From contig NC_068991.1 in the NCBI RefSeq assembly GCF_001194135.2, positions 7,209,615-7,273,614 of the forward strand: DNA of 64,000 nt, written 5' to 3'. The first letter of the stretch is position 1. Each line of letters begins with the position of its first letter. The position numbers and the translations under genes were made by a program. This stretch comes from Octopus bimaculoides (lineage: Eukaryota). This document shows, in pieces, positions 28,451 to 41,366 of the stretch. The notes under the pieces were generated by a model. It had not been told where the DNA came from. It searched no databases and saw only the letters and a list, made by a program, of their open reading frames with translations.

Positions 28451-28679
28451 GATTATTTCCTTTTAATAACGACTGTAATTGATTCTATCATTTCAATTTA
28501 TCCAAACATTGGAATGAAAAGTCTGAAATCATTAATTCTCAGACAATGGACATTACATCTGGATAGCAATTCAGAGTGTGTGTTGAGGAAGAGGAACAGA
28601 AGAGGACTGGGGAAAAAAAATCTATATTTAGCGAACATGTTTTAAAACAATATAACGACTATACTAATTTTGTGTATTT

Positions 28680-28945
28680 TTATTTTATTCTTTTACTTGT
28701 TTCAGACGTCTGACTGCGGTCATGCTGGAGCACCACCTTTATCTGGACAAATCGACTCCAGGACTTATTCTTTGTTAGACTAGTACTTATTCTATTAGCC
28801 CCTTTTTTCTGAACTGCTAAGTTACAGGAACATAAACACACCAACATTGGTTGTCAAGCGATGGTGGGGGGACAAACACAGACACAAATAATACATACAC
28901 ACACATATAATATATATATATATATATATATAGATATACACACAC
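28680..28945 (-). mobile_element. SINE family B, 3' half
   Basis: ttttacttgtttcag...ggacaaacacagacac; head replaced by a family A segment. Confidence 0.75.
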
Positions 28946-28949
28946 AGAC

Positions 28950-29345
28950 ACCGACCATGCTCAAATGGTGCTTTTTACGTTCCCCTGGCACAGGATCAGT
29001 CAGCCGTCACTGGCATTGACTACGCTTGAATTGTACTTTCTACATTCCACCGGCATGGGAGCCAGTCAGGTGGCACAGGCATCGACCACGCTCGAATAGT
29101 GCTTTTTATGTGCCAATCAGGTGGTACTGTCATCGGCCACAACAATGACTTCACTTGACTCAACAGGTCTTTGCAAGCACAGTTTATTGCCCAATGATTG
29201 AAGTGTACTCTTACTTAAATGGGCTGGTTATGCTGCACTGGCATAGGCCACAGTTATGGTCTCACTTGGCTTGGCAGGTCTTCTCAAGCACAGAATATCT
29301 CCAAAGGTCTCAGTCACTTGTCATCACCTCAGTGAGGCCCAATGC
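28950..29345 (-). mobile_element. Family A 5' region (tandem units, no tail)
   Basis: Repeated gtgctttttacgt/atgtgcc units complementary to those in 29783-29960. Confidence 0.7.
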
Positions 29346-29782
29346 AATGTACATAAATTGACACATGCACACATATGCACATACATGTATGCATGGCCTG
29401 GTGGTTAGTGGGAAAAGATAACAGGAGAGAAATTAAAGAGCGAGAGAGAATGCAGAGTTTCACATCCTGCAAGCTATTAAAAACTGGTTATTTACTTAAA
29501 GGATGTTAAACTCTGCACTCTTTAATTGTTCTCCAGTCAACTTTTCCCTGAAAAAGGACTGTGCAAAATAATGGACTCTCCACTCCCCACAACAAGTTCA
29601 ACATGCTCTTTTTTGCCAATTTCACTACACACACACGCACATAGAACTGGCTGTTCTGTTGATCGGATCAACTGGAACACTCGTCATTGCAATCAACAGT
29701 TAGTTATTGATACAGTATTAAAGGTTTGAATGGTATTGGTACAATATTAGTGATGTGTTGGTGTTATGGAAATAGTTGTGTA

Positions 29783-30126
29783 CCAGCGTCGCCTTACTGG
29801 CACTTGTGCCGGTGGCACATGAACAAAACATTCGAGCGAGGTCGTTGCCAGTGTCGCTGGACTGACTGCTGTGCAGGTGGCATGTAAAAAACACCATTTG
29901 AGCGTGGCCGTTGCCAGTACCGTGTGACTGACCCTCGTGCTGGTGGCACGTAAGAGCACCCACTACACTCTCGGAGTGGTTGGCGTTAGGAAGGGCATCC
30001 AACTGTAGAAACTCTGCCAGATCAGATTGGAGCCTGGTGCAGCCATCTGGTTCGCCAGTCCTCAGTCAAATCGTCCAACCCATGCTAGCATGGAAAGCGG
30101 ACGTTAAATGATGATGATGATGATGT
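29783..30126 (+). mobile_element. Family A copy
   Basis: Near-identical 3' part to 14374-14733, (gat)n tail. Confidence 0.85.
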
Positions 30127-30554
30127 ATATACACATTAGACACACAAACACACACACAGCCTTCTCATTCTTTAACATCTGTATTATCATATTTGCTGAG
30201 TTCATAAAGTGGAAGTATATGAGGTATGATTTTTACAGTCAGATTCTCTTTCAGTTGCCAACCCATAACTATTTTTCAAGTAAAGAATTTTTTTTTTTAA
30301 ATTCTAGAGGAATTCAAACCCACAAATCTGGCAGATGATTTATTGGCAAGGCATGTTGACAAACATCACTGACTGCAGCCAAGGTACTGTGACATCACTC
30401 CATCTACCAATTCCCTCACAAGACACTGGTTGGTCTGGGGTTACAAAAGAAGACATTTTCCCAAGTTATCAAGCAGCAGGACTGAACCTGAAGCCACATT
30501 GTAGAGAAGAAAACTTCTCAACCACACAGTCATGGAGGCATCTGTGAATGAGAA

Positions 30555-30585
<31 letters not shown>

Positions 30586-30899
30586 ACATGCACACACACA
30601 CACACACACACACATATACCTAATAAACATGTCTATATATCTACCACAGACTGTGAACAAGTCAATATTTAAAGTTTGAAAACAAATCTCTCCAAATCTA
30701 GGAATTAATTGGGCAGAGATAAAATGCAAATATTTACTACAACAGAGTGGTAAAAACAAATGGCTGAGAGCTCGTCAGAATTGCTGTTTACCATTTATTC
30801 TAACTCCAGCAAGGTTGCCATAAATATTTTCAATTATAACTTCAGTTTGGTGAATTAAAATATTTAAGAAATGGATTATTGATAATGTAAGGTATCCCT

Positions 30900-31295
30900 T
30901 TATCTCTTGTTTCAGTCATTAGACTGACCATTCTGGAGCACTGCCTTGAAGGGTTTAGTCAAACAAATCAACCCCTAGTATTTATTCTCTTGGTTTCTTT
31001 TGCTGAAATGCTATATTATGGAGAGCATAAACAAACCAACACCAATTCTCAAGTTGTGGTGGTGGACAAACAGAAGTACAAAAACACACACACACACACA
31101 TATATAGACATATACAAACACACACACATACATGTTGAGCTTCTTTCAGCTTCCATCTACCAAATCTGCTCACATGACTTTGGTGAGCCCAGGCCTTTAG
31201 AAGACACTTGCCCATGGTGCTGCACAGTGGGACTGAACTGAAGACCATATGATTGGGAAGCAAGTTTTTTTAACCACACAGCCACACCCTAGCCT
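30900..31295 (-). mobile_element. SINE family B, full length, diverged
   Basis: Collinear with 27715-28124. Confidence 0.8.
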
Positions 31296-31851
31296 ATATG
31301 GTAGGTGTCATTTCCAACAGCTGATATAAAGACCATAAACTATGGCCAGAATGCCACTGAAACTAAGCAGCAAGCCAGACAATTATACAATATGCATATC
31401 ATCTGTGCAATTTGTGTGAAAGCATAATATTGAATTTATAGGAATACATGCATTTATGGTTAATGGATGTCAAAGAAAATAATATTTATTATAGTATTCA
31501 GTTAATGAGCAAGATTTGCATGTTTATGCAAATATTGTACATTAACGATAGCATTTATTTGAGTATGGAATACATTATGCGAATATATGTTTTGCACGTA
31601 ATTGAATTAACCACTCCTGGGTATGAGTATAAAAACTGCATCCCTCTGCCAAGCCATGTTGAGCCAGTGTGACAGAGCAAGCTCATCAAACTCTTTTACT
31701 TGTTTCAGTCATTTGACTGTGGCCATGCTGGAGCANNNNNNNNNNNNNNNNNNNNNNNNNNNNNNNNNNNNNNNNNNNNNNNNNNNNNNNNNNNNNNNNN
31801 NNNNNNNNNNNNNNNNNNNNNNNNNNNNNNNNNNNNNNNNNNNNNNNNNNN

Positions 31852-31887
<36 letters not shown>

Positions 31888-32896
31888 ACGTCTCCACACA
31901 CGTTTATGCATGCATGTACGTATAATTTAATTATAATATAAATTATATACGGTTTTATTATACATCATATACAACGAAAAAAATCCTGCGTTGGTTTCAA
32001 AATATGCAACAGACACAGGTACCATAAAATGTAATCCCCAGATTGAAATGCCGTGGCACGGTCTTAGACAAAACTGAATTGTTTTAATTACAGGTGAAAT
32101 CTATTCACGGGTTGCGCCACAGATTCCATTTATTCAATTTCCTTCAGAAGGGTTGGGTAGACTCGAGGTTATCTATGCACGACACCAAACAGAGAGCTCT
32201 TATACGAGATCTCACGAGTGAGAAACAAATTTCTTAACCACTCGACCATGCTTGCATCTAGAGATAGCTAGGATAAGCAGATAAGTGGACGTACATAACA
32301 CACACCAGAGAGGGAGAGAGAGAGAGAGCTGTACAAGATAAAGTCATTTATAAGCACATGTACATATTTGCAGTGGTGGATCTCAGTCGTTCGATGATGA
32401 AGATTCAGGTGTTTGATTAACTGAATTATCTACTCCTTAATTAACGTCTAAATTGGCTGAGCCTTCTGCAGACACGTGTACTCTTAACGTAATTCTCAGA
32501 CAGAATCAGCTGGGCAAGCACAATCCATCCGACGGACTTCTAAACAGTTTCCGTCTACCCGATTTCACTCATTAAGTATTTGTCGAACACAGACTACAGA
32601 AAATGACGTTTATCAATGACGCCATGCGATGGGATCGAGCCAGAGACCCCGTGGTTGCGAAGTGGGCATTCTTCTTAACGATTTGGCCAAATAGCGCCTA
32701 GGTGTATATATTAGATATATGCTAAAGGTGCGAGCGCGAAGCGTAAACATTAAAGAAACACATGGGCGTATACACTTTCGTTGACACATAATGTAATTAG
32801 AGAAGATAGAGCACACTCTACATAATACATACACACACGGATGCACACTGCACTGCACATACACTCACTAACTAATACATATATGTGTGTAAAGAA

Positions 32897-32937
<41 letters not shown>

Positions 32938-35522
32938 TACTGTTCCGTGATAAGATCAACAAAAACAAAATACTCTATATATGCGAGGGAACTTCTACGT
33001 GGTCGTTCGAAATAGCAGCAGAATATCCTCAAATTACCTGTACACGGTCCACCCAATCACCGTCTTATCAAGGAAGTACACGCAGTCCAAGATACTCCTA
33101 AAACGAGGGTATGGGTAATATGACTGGCTGGCCTAAACAAACAACATATACACTGCACGTATATATACACACTCATGAGGGTGTACGTCTGTGTGTATAT
33201 ATACGAATGTATTTCAAGTCGATCAATGTATCTACTCGTCGTATTATACAAAGACACTTGTACTCTTATGGAAAGCCTCTGTCAAAATCCGCCTGACGGA
33301 GTGTAACGAAATTTTTTTTAAATTACAGGTACACAATAATCTGACAAGTTTAATTTTTTTTAATTTTTTTTACTTCCATGTTTAAGGTTTGGATCGATCC
33401 AAGTTAATATCAGACAGATCCTGGTAACAGGATCAACCTCAGAACCCAATGAGTGCCGAACAAGCGAACGTATTCAACCAAAACAAAAATGCACCTGCAC
33501 GACTATGTATATATGTGCAAACAAACAGCAAATACATTTTATATATTCACACTGTATAAATATACACATGTAATTGAAATACAATACAATGCACTGCAAC
33601 ATCAGACGCCAATATATACTCACATACACAGGTATGCAGGTTGTCTATAAACATATACTGACATGCACAAGGGCTTTATACAGATCCCCAGGCAATATAC
33701 ATAAATAGGCATACACGAGAAAAAGTACCCACCTATGCAGGCATATCTAAGTATCTATGCACATACTATATATATAGTGTGTGTGCATAAGTATACACTT
33801 ACACGCGTGTGTTTGTGTGTATTTGCGCGCAATATAAAGGGTTCTATTGGAAATATTAGTTCACACAGCCCAACACCTTTTTTTCATCCCACACTCGTTC
33901 CCCCTCCCCACGCAATATGTAATATATACTTAAAATTAATCTAGCTCTTTTTAGAAGTCTTGTTCGATTCTTTGTAATCCACAAGACTTAAGTGAATAAA
34001 TATTCACAATAGCTTTATTCCAAGTAATAGTCAATGGCCGATCCGAACAGAAAGATTAATTTGCTTAATGACCAACGGCAGCTATTCAGGTAGACATTAA
34101 TCAGCAACTGAACTGCAGTCAGAGTTCAGGAAGAAAGACTGTTCCACACACATACACTTTCACGGGAGGAAAGATTATTTAATTATACATGTATATAATA
34201 CATACACTAGCAGTACACAAAACCTACTTATAGTGAATGTGTATACAAACACACGCACAATACGTATGTCTTATTTTAAATAGAAAACAACCGAAAAGAA
34301 AATAAATGTCAGGTGAGGTCAATCGAATAGGTATCTTATTGAAATTATGAGTAAAGTACTGACAACTAGTTTAATCGCCGCCTGTTTAATCGTGGGATCT
34401 CAGCGTGTACTATTTCTATATTTTGAAAGAATGAAAAATAATAATACAGCTCTAGAAAAGTATATGTTAAGAACACCTGTTAAAAAAAATAGAGAAAAAG
34501 GCGGTAGCATCAGTTAAAAGACACACTGACCAACACTGCATCTACTTCTAGGACAAGCAATTTTACGGACAACTCGAAACATGTTTTATACTGATAACCA
34601 CTTGGTTACACACACACAATCTTTATCATACCTTTTGAATTGATTTTGTTGTGGGATCGGTACTTGAGATGAGTTAAAATACTAAGCCAAACCTCAAAAA
34701 TGTGGTATTTAATAATTAGTAAAAGGTATGGGGGACTATACGAATACATTCCAGTTCTTCTTTAGAAACGTGTTTAAATTAAATCTTATATCAACTAAAA
34801 TAATGAAAACTTAGGAAATAATTTAGCGATCTATGTGTTAAAGTCAATCTTAATATTAATTTTTTCTTTTTTTCCAAATAAATTCTCTTAAATCCTGGGA
34901 TATATTTAATAGTTCAGCTTTAAGAGGGTTGATTGCGGGTCTATATAAATATATTATCGAAAAGAAACCACCTGCAAGAATGTTTGGAGACGTCGATTCT
35001 ATGCCACGCACAAATGAATTAAAACAAAAAAAGAAACATCAATTAACACATGGTTTGAGAAGCGCAAGCCTGATGCGAAAAGAAGAGAAATACGACTTAA
35101 ACGAAAGGAATATTGAGATAAAACAGTCCCATAAGTGGTATGAAATAGTTGTGAGAGTAAAGAGTCCCGTTTTAATAGCCGTAGGTCAAAACATAAACTG
35201 TCCTAGGTCATAACAACTGGACGGAATTTTGTAATAGATATATATATATGAATATATATGGTTTGGCCGTTTAGTAAATCATTTGCTCTTTTATTTAGTT
35301 TAAAGATAGATGAAAATACTGTTTAACATTCCAGCAATGACAGTAAGAAGGAAAAAAACAATAACAAGCTATAAGTGGGACACTTGAAACTGACACATAC
35401 CTGCATACTCGCCATTCGGACAGTTCAAAATTAGGGGAAAAAATAAGAGTAAATAAAATATTTCGAATTAAAAAAAGCTAAAATGGAACTGTGCAAAATA
35501 AATAACGAACATTGAAACTTAC

Positions 35523-35680
35523 TTTGTAATTGAGTACGTTTAAGTTATAAATCCAATTTTTTTTTATCTGTTTGTCTCAGGACTATGAAAATGATATTGA
35601 CGCCATGTTTTGATCCGGGTACTTTTGACGAACAAACTTCGTTATGAAGGGAGAGGCGTGACTGACGTTCGTCACTCCAC
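35523..35680 (-). promoter_or_regulatory. Candidate promoter and non-coding first exon of the PAK gene
   Basis: Minus strand reads GTGACGAACGTCAGTCAC (TGACG half-sites), then AAAACATGGCG (YY1-type motif in sense orientation), then a strong donor ACAAA|gtaagt at 35522. Sits at the right edge of a visibly CpG-retaining zone (~31.9-35.7 kb). Confidence 0.6.
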
Positions 35681-35778
35681 CTTCTATCAACTGCCTCTTA
35701 CTCCTCCTCTCTCTATACTACCAAACCTATCTATTTTATCTCTTACTCCTCTACAACCTTTATCCTATCTATTTTTCA

Positions 35779-35913
35779 CCTCTCATTCCCCCTCCGTCTA
35801 TAGTCCTAATCCTATCTATTCTGCCTCTCATTCCCCCTCCTTCTATAGTCCTAATCCTATCTATTCTACCTCTCATTCCCCCTCCTTCTATAGTCCCAAT
35901 CCTACCTATTCTA
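35779..35913. repeat. 45-bp pyrimidine-rich minisatellite, 3 copies
   Basis: cctctcattccccctccttctatagtcctaatcctatctattct(a/g) at 35779, 35824 and 35869. Confidence 0.92.
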
Positions 35914-36726
35914 TCTCTTACTCATCCTCCTACGATATAATCAAATCCTTCCTCCTCATTCTTACTCTAACGCTGTATAGTGTCCTCCACCACTACCAGC
36001 ATCACCGCCATCTCGCCCCTATTTAATTTCTTTCTTAATCTTACATCTATATTGCTTTGCATTCCTTCCTACACTAGGTGTTACTCTTGTTTCATTCTTA
36101 CCCAATTGTTACGACATACACTACCTTGAAATGCATTTGAGGAAAATACTATACGACTTCTTTTCCTCTGAGGTTTCCACTTTCAGTCTCCAGAAACTAT
36201 ATTTAGATACCTTTTTTTTTTTCTCTGCTTATTTTTCTTTTAATCTTAAATCTTTACTTATTATAAGCTTTCTTATGCAGTTGCTCATTCTTACCCACTC
36301 TGTTTCCTGTATTGAAAGATTTTACACATTCCGAGGATAATGCTCTCCCTCAGTAGTCAAGAATGTCTGCTTTCTTTTTCCCTTCCAGCATTAACAAGTT
36401 CTTTTTGAAAACATTGTTTTACAATCAGCCTTTCTAAAATATAAGTAAATCAGGAAAAAAAACCATACGCTCGAAACTTATATGGTCAAGTTTTACAGTG
36501 AAATAATTTAGATGTGAGTGTGTGTGCGTGCGTACGTGAAGGTGAGTGTGCGTGTGGATGTGTGAATGCGTGCGTGCGTGTAGGTGGATAGGTGTGCGTA
36601 CGGATGTGTGTGAAACTGGCAGTGCACCATAAATAAATTATAATTTTTTTTACATGTACTGTAAACACAATAGATACATAATGTATGTGTATATATACAT
36701 ACACGCGCACACACACACATATACAC

Positions 36727-37005
36727 ATCATCATTTAACGTCCGTTTTCCATGCTGGCATGAGTCGGACAGTTTGACGGGCGCTGGCAAGCCAAAGGGCT
36801 GCACCAAGCTCGAAATATCTGACGAAGGTAAAGAACACGCACACTACCCGTTGTCGGTGTTTGGGGTTAGGATTAAGTTTAGGATCAGGTTTAGAGTTAG
36901 GGTTACGCTGAAAACGGGTGGTGTGCGTATTCTTTACCTCCGCCGACTGTCTGGCATGGTTTCTAAGGTTGGATCCCCTTCCTAACACCAACCACTTTAC
37001 AGAGT
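36727..37005 (-). mobile_element. Family A copy interrupted by a MITE
   Basis: catcatttaacgtccgttttccatgc...gcaccaagctc [insert] gtctggcatggtttcta...cccttcctaacacc. Confidence 0.8.
36820..36945. mobile_element. MITE with ~32-bp inverted ends and telomere-like internal hexamers
   Basis: GACGAAGGTAAAGAACACGCACACTACCCGTT ... AACGGGTGGTGTGCGTATTCTTTACCTCCGCC; interior ggggttaggattaagtttaggatcaggtttagagttagggtta; interrupts a SINE. Confidence 0.8.
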
Positions 37006-37087
37006 GGGGTCAATTTGTTTGACTAAAGGCAGTGCTCCAGCATGGCCACAGTCAAATGACTGAAACAAATAAAAGAATATAAGAATG

Positions 37088-37420
37088 CCTTTAGTTGAAC
37101 AAATTGACCCCAGGGTTTATTCGTTGTAAGCCTAGTACTTATTCTCTTGGTCTCTTTTGCCAAATCACTAAGTTACAGGGATGTAAATGCACCAACATCG
37201 GTTGTCAAACACATACATATACATACATATATATATATATATATATACGACGGGCTTTTTTCAGTTTCTGTCAACCAAATTCACTCACAAAGCCTTGGTT
37301 GGCCCAAGACTAGAGTAGAAATAGTAGAAGACACTTGCCCAAGGTGCCACGCATTAGGACTGAACCCAGAACCATGTGGTTGGGAAACAAGCTTCTTGCC
37401 ACACAGCCACTCCTGCACCT
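37088..37420 (-). mobile_element. SINE family B copy, preceded by an inverted B tail (37006-37083, +)
   Basis: Head at 37420; gcctttagttgaacaaattgacccc mirrors ggggtcaatttgtttgactaaaggc. Confidence 0.8.
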
Positions 37421-37435
37421 AATATGTATATATAT

Positions 37436-37557
37436 ATATTTAGAAGGTTGTATGTTATGGCTGGTCAGTAAATGACCATTGGTTTCACACCTATAAAGTG
37501 CTTAGCGAAACTAATGATCACTCTCTGACCAGCCATAACATACAACCTTCTAAATAT
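37436..37557. repeat. Hairpin MITE-like element, perfect 33-bp arms
   Basis: ATATTTAGAAGGTTGTATGTTATGGCTGGTCAG / CTGACCAGCCATAACATACAACCTTCTAAATAT, with further imperfect pairing inside. Confidence 0.85.
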
Positions 37558-38990
37558 TTCTATACTAATGTTTTAGAGTCTAATTTTTTTTTTCAGATGT
37601 ATGAACTGCTGACCAATGTGTGTGTGTGTGTGTGTGAGTGAGAGTGAGGGATGATTTGAGATGGGGTATGTAGATGGTGAACAGGATGGAGGAGGTCTTT
37701 TGTTGATGGGGTCAACATGAGTTGGGGAAGGTGGTAACAATGAGGGATGAATGCCAAATAAAGTGATTCAGGGGAGAGGAGGTGATGACTGGCAGTACAG
37801 AAAGTGTGAAGAGCAGCAGACTAATAATAAAACAGTTGATAGACAGAGGAAGGATGAGAGATAGGGGGAAGACAGATGGAGGTGGATGAGTAAAGGTTGC
37901 AAAAGTGTGTGAGGTGTATAGTAATAACAGTAGAAGGGATCAGAAGTATGTATGTATGTATATAGGGGTTTGACAAAAGAGATCCATAGACTAAGTACCA
38001 GACTTCAAACAACTGAATATTAGGGTCCAGTTGTTTCCCTAAACCCTGCAAGGTGGTGCTCCTGCATGGCCATAGTCCAATGACCAAAACAAGTAAAAGA
38101 TAAAAGACAAAAATGGATGACCATGATATTATGTTATAGTACCAGCACCAGGAAATTGTCTTACAGTACTTAGAGCCATGGGACAGTCATTTGCAATGAC
38201 ACACTCATCAATCATGCAGTGCTTCTGCTACTTACCTCATATCTATTTACTACTGTTTAGTGGAAAATTATTGTCTTTCCTTGGGATACAGAGCAGTGGT
38301 GAGGGCTGTTGACAAACCAAGGACACTGAAACTGGTAAGTTGGCTCCCTATTGTCTCAGACAGCTACAACTCTCATAACTAAGTGTATCCATTACTTTAT
38401 GTATGAACACAAACTTGAATTAATACCTATAATCACTAAAGTGGGATGGATGAAGACCGGTCCGGTCATTACAATTCTTTACTCAATCAAAGAGGCTTAG
38501 ACACTAGGTCAACAATAATAATAATAAAGACACATAAAGACATCCACTCACACACATACATACATACATACATCTTGTACTAATCCATACTATAAATATC
38601 ACACAATAAAAATATATATTTACTTGTGTTGTCATTATCTTCACATAGCAATTATTACAATTCTCACTGATGGTCAAGAGCTCTGTCTGTTTCTCTTGTT
38701 CGTGAGATTCTTAATGGACGTTCTGGATGGCAAAAGATCACTTTTCTAAGTATTAAGTTTACAGGCAATTTTTCAAGAGAGACAAAAGAACACTCTCTTT
38801 TTTTCTCTCTGTTGTTTTATTTATTCAACTAACAAACAACTTGATCTTCTGATATGAAGAGTTCTTTTTCACACTCTGCTGGAAATAGTCTTGTCATGGA
38901 GTTATAAGATTATGGGAAATGTTATCTTTTTGATATATTTCATGGAAATCTGCCAGTACATCTATGTCTGAATGTTTCCCTATCTTCTTA

Positions 38991-38994
<4 letters not shown>

Positions 38995-39061
<67 letters not shown>

Positions 39062-39312
39062 GTGCTTTTTCAGCTTATAATCTTTGCATTTCTGTATGAA
39101 ACCAATCTTCAGAAACAATGATACTTATTAAGATTTAGACTACAGCAACAATGTAGAGTTACATGCTGGATATGTGTATAAAATATCTTCTTCATCCCCT
39201 TCATCATCATTATCCTCCTCCTCCTCCTCCTCCTCCTTATCATCATCATCATCATCATCATCATCACCACCACCACCACCACCATCATCATCACCATCAT
39301 CATCATCATCAT
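38995..39312. repeat. (CT)n and compound (CAT/CCT/CAC)n microsatellites; many other (TA)n/(CA)n tracts throughout
   Basis: Directly visible at 38995-39061 and ~39200-39312. Confidence 0.95.
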
Positions 39313-39864
39313 TCAATGTCTGTTTTCCATGATGGCATGGGTTGGACAGTTTGACTGGAGAGTCGAGGCAGTAGCCAGCACCAAGCACCAATACCTGCTT
39401 TAGCATGGTTTCTAAGGTTGGATACCCTTCCTAAATCCAACCACCTTACAGAGTCTACAGGGTGCTTTTTATGTGGCACCAACACCATTGAGGTCACCAA
39501 GTAACTTACAAGACAAGACACTTCAACTGAGTAGGGTAGGTGTAGTATTTGAGTTAGGTAGTTTTATGCTAAGTGCTAAGAGACTAAAATATGATAGATG
39601 GACAGGAACAGGTATCCTGACATAGAAAAGATACATGGCTATCCCAGTTTGGAAAGAAATGCATCAGAGCTTACCCTCAAGTTACAGGGAGGTGAATATA
39701 AGAGAAGTGGTAGAAAGGATTGGACAGAGTAAGTTCATGAAAATGAAAAAGGGGAGCTTTAGGTGTTTTCGCTCAATAAACACTCACAGTGCCCGGTCTG
39801 GGAACTGAAACTGTGATCCGATGGCCGTGAGTCCACCGCCCTAACCACTGGGCCATTGTGCCTC

Positions 39865-39903
<39 letters not shown>

Positions 39904-40905
39904 GTAATTAGGATAAAGTCATTATTTAATGGTTTATCAGTGGCCAGCATACATATATGACATATTTCACTCACAAGTCATTGCTTGGCTCAGGGATATA
40001 ACAGAAGTGCCATACAATGAACTGAACCTGAAACTGTGGGTTGCAAAGTAAGCTTTTTACCCACACAGCTATGCCTGCACCTAGCCACACCTATGCCTAA
40101 GCAAAAACTAAATAAACAAAATAAATGTTAGATAATAATCAATTTTGCATGGAATTGAAGGGAGGGTCATCCAAACCTGTTCCACACACTCTGGCTACAG
40201 AAGTGTATTTTAATAATTTTATTCACAGAGTGAAAAGGAGGTTGAGGCATTTAGTTTGGTTTTTAAAATTAATTATCATGTAGCAAGAGAAGGTGGGTGT
40301 GTGCCCATAACCTTTAGGCTCTTCCAACTGGAGAAGATGATACAAACGTCAAGACACAGTTTGGAGTTTAACATTTTCAAGTTTCTTGTTTGTCAATAAG
40401 AATTTTGTATTTTATTTATTTTGGAAGTGATATTTATTATGACTGCTGAACAACTAACCTCAACAACAGTAGCATGTTTTAACTTCACTGACATACATAT
40501 ATATATATATGTATACACACGTATGCATAAACCCACACACACACACACACATAATGCATATCTGTATATCTTCATAGACAAGCAAACCCACACCCACACC
40601 CACACATATATTTGAATAAAAGTTTTAAGAAAAGATTGTTGATACAGTCATAATATTTGAAGACAAATTTATTTTAATTTAAAAGTTATTAATTATATTT
40701 AAAAAATCTTAAAACATAGCAAAATGATACACACACATACATCTAGCCATAAAAATCTACTTCAATAAACTGTGATAATGAAGATGATGATGATGATGAT
40801 GATGATGATCATCATCATCATCATCATCATATATCTGCATGTGTGTGTGTGTGTGTGTCTGTGTGTGAGTATGCTAGATATACATACATATACATACATA
40901 CATAC

Positions 40906-40994
<89 letters not shown>

Positions 40995-41335
40995 NNNNNN
41001 NNNNNNNNNNNNNNNNNNNNNNNNNNNNNNNNNNNNNNNNNNNNNNNNNNNNNNNNNNNNNNNNNNNNNNNNNNNNNNNNNNNNNNNNNNNNNNNNNNNN
41101 NNNNNNNNNNNNNNNNNNNNNNNNNNNNNNNNNNNNNNNNNNNNNNNNNNNNNNNNNNNNNNNNNNNNNNNNNNNNNNNNNNNNNNNNNATATTTATATA
41201 TGTATGTATATGTATGTATATCTAGCCATAGAAACCATGCCAAAGCAGACAGCAGAGCTTGAAGCACTCTTCTAACTTGCCAGCTCCTGTCAAACTGTTC
41301 AACCCATACCAGCATGGAAAACAGTTGTTGATGAT

Positions 41336-41366
<31 letters not shown>

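Noticed and set aside
33290-33312. CTGACGGA...GAAA hammerhead-like string
   Set aside because: Core lacks G8-A9 and no stem II or stem I can be formed.
38292-38334. 43-nt plus-strand AG..GT segment with open frame AVVRAVDKPRTLKL
   Set aside because: No recognisable homology or partner exons; an equally plausible opposite-strand pseudo-exon lies next to it, so it is consistent with noise.
39109-39406. Poly-His, poly-Asp/Glu and poly-Met ORFs
   Set aside because: Translations of (CAT/CCT/CAC)n microsatellite attached to a SINE tail.
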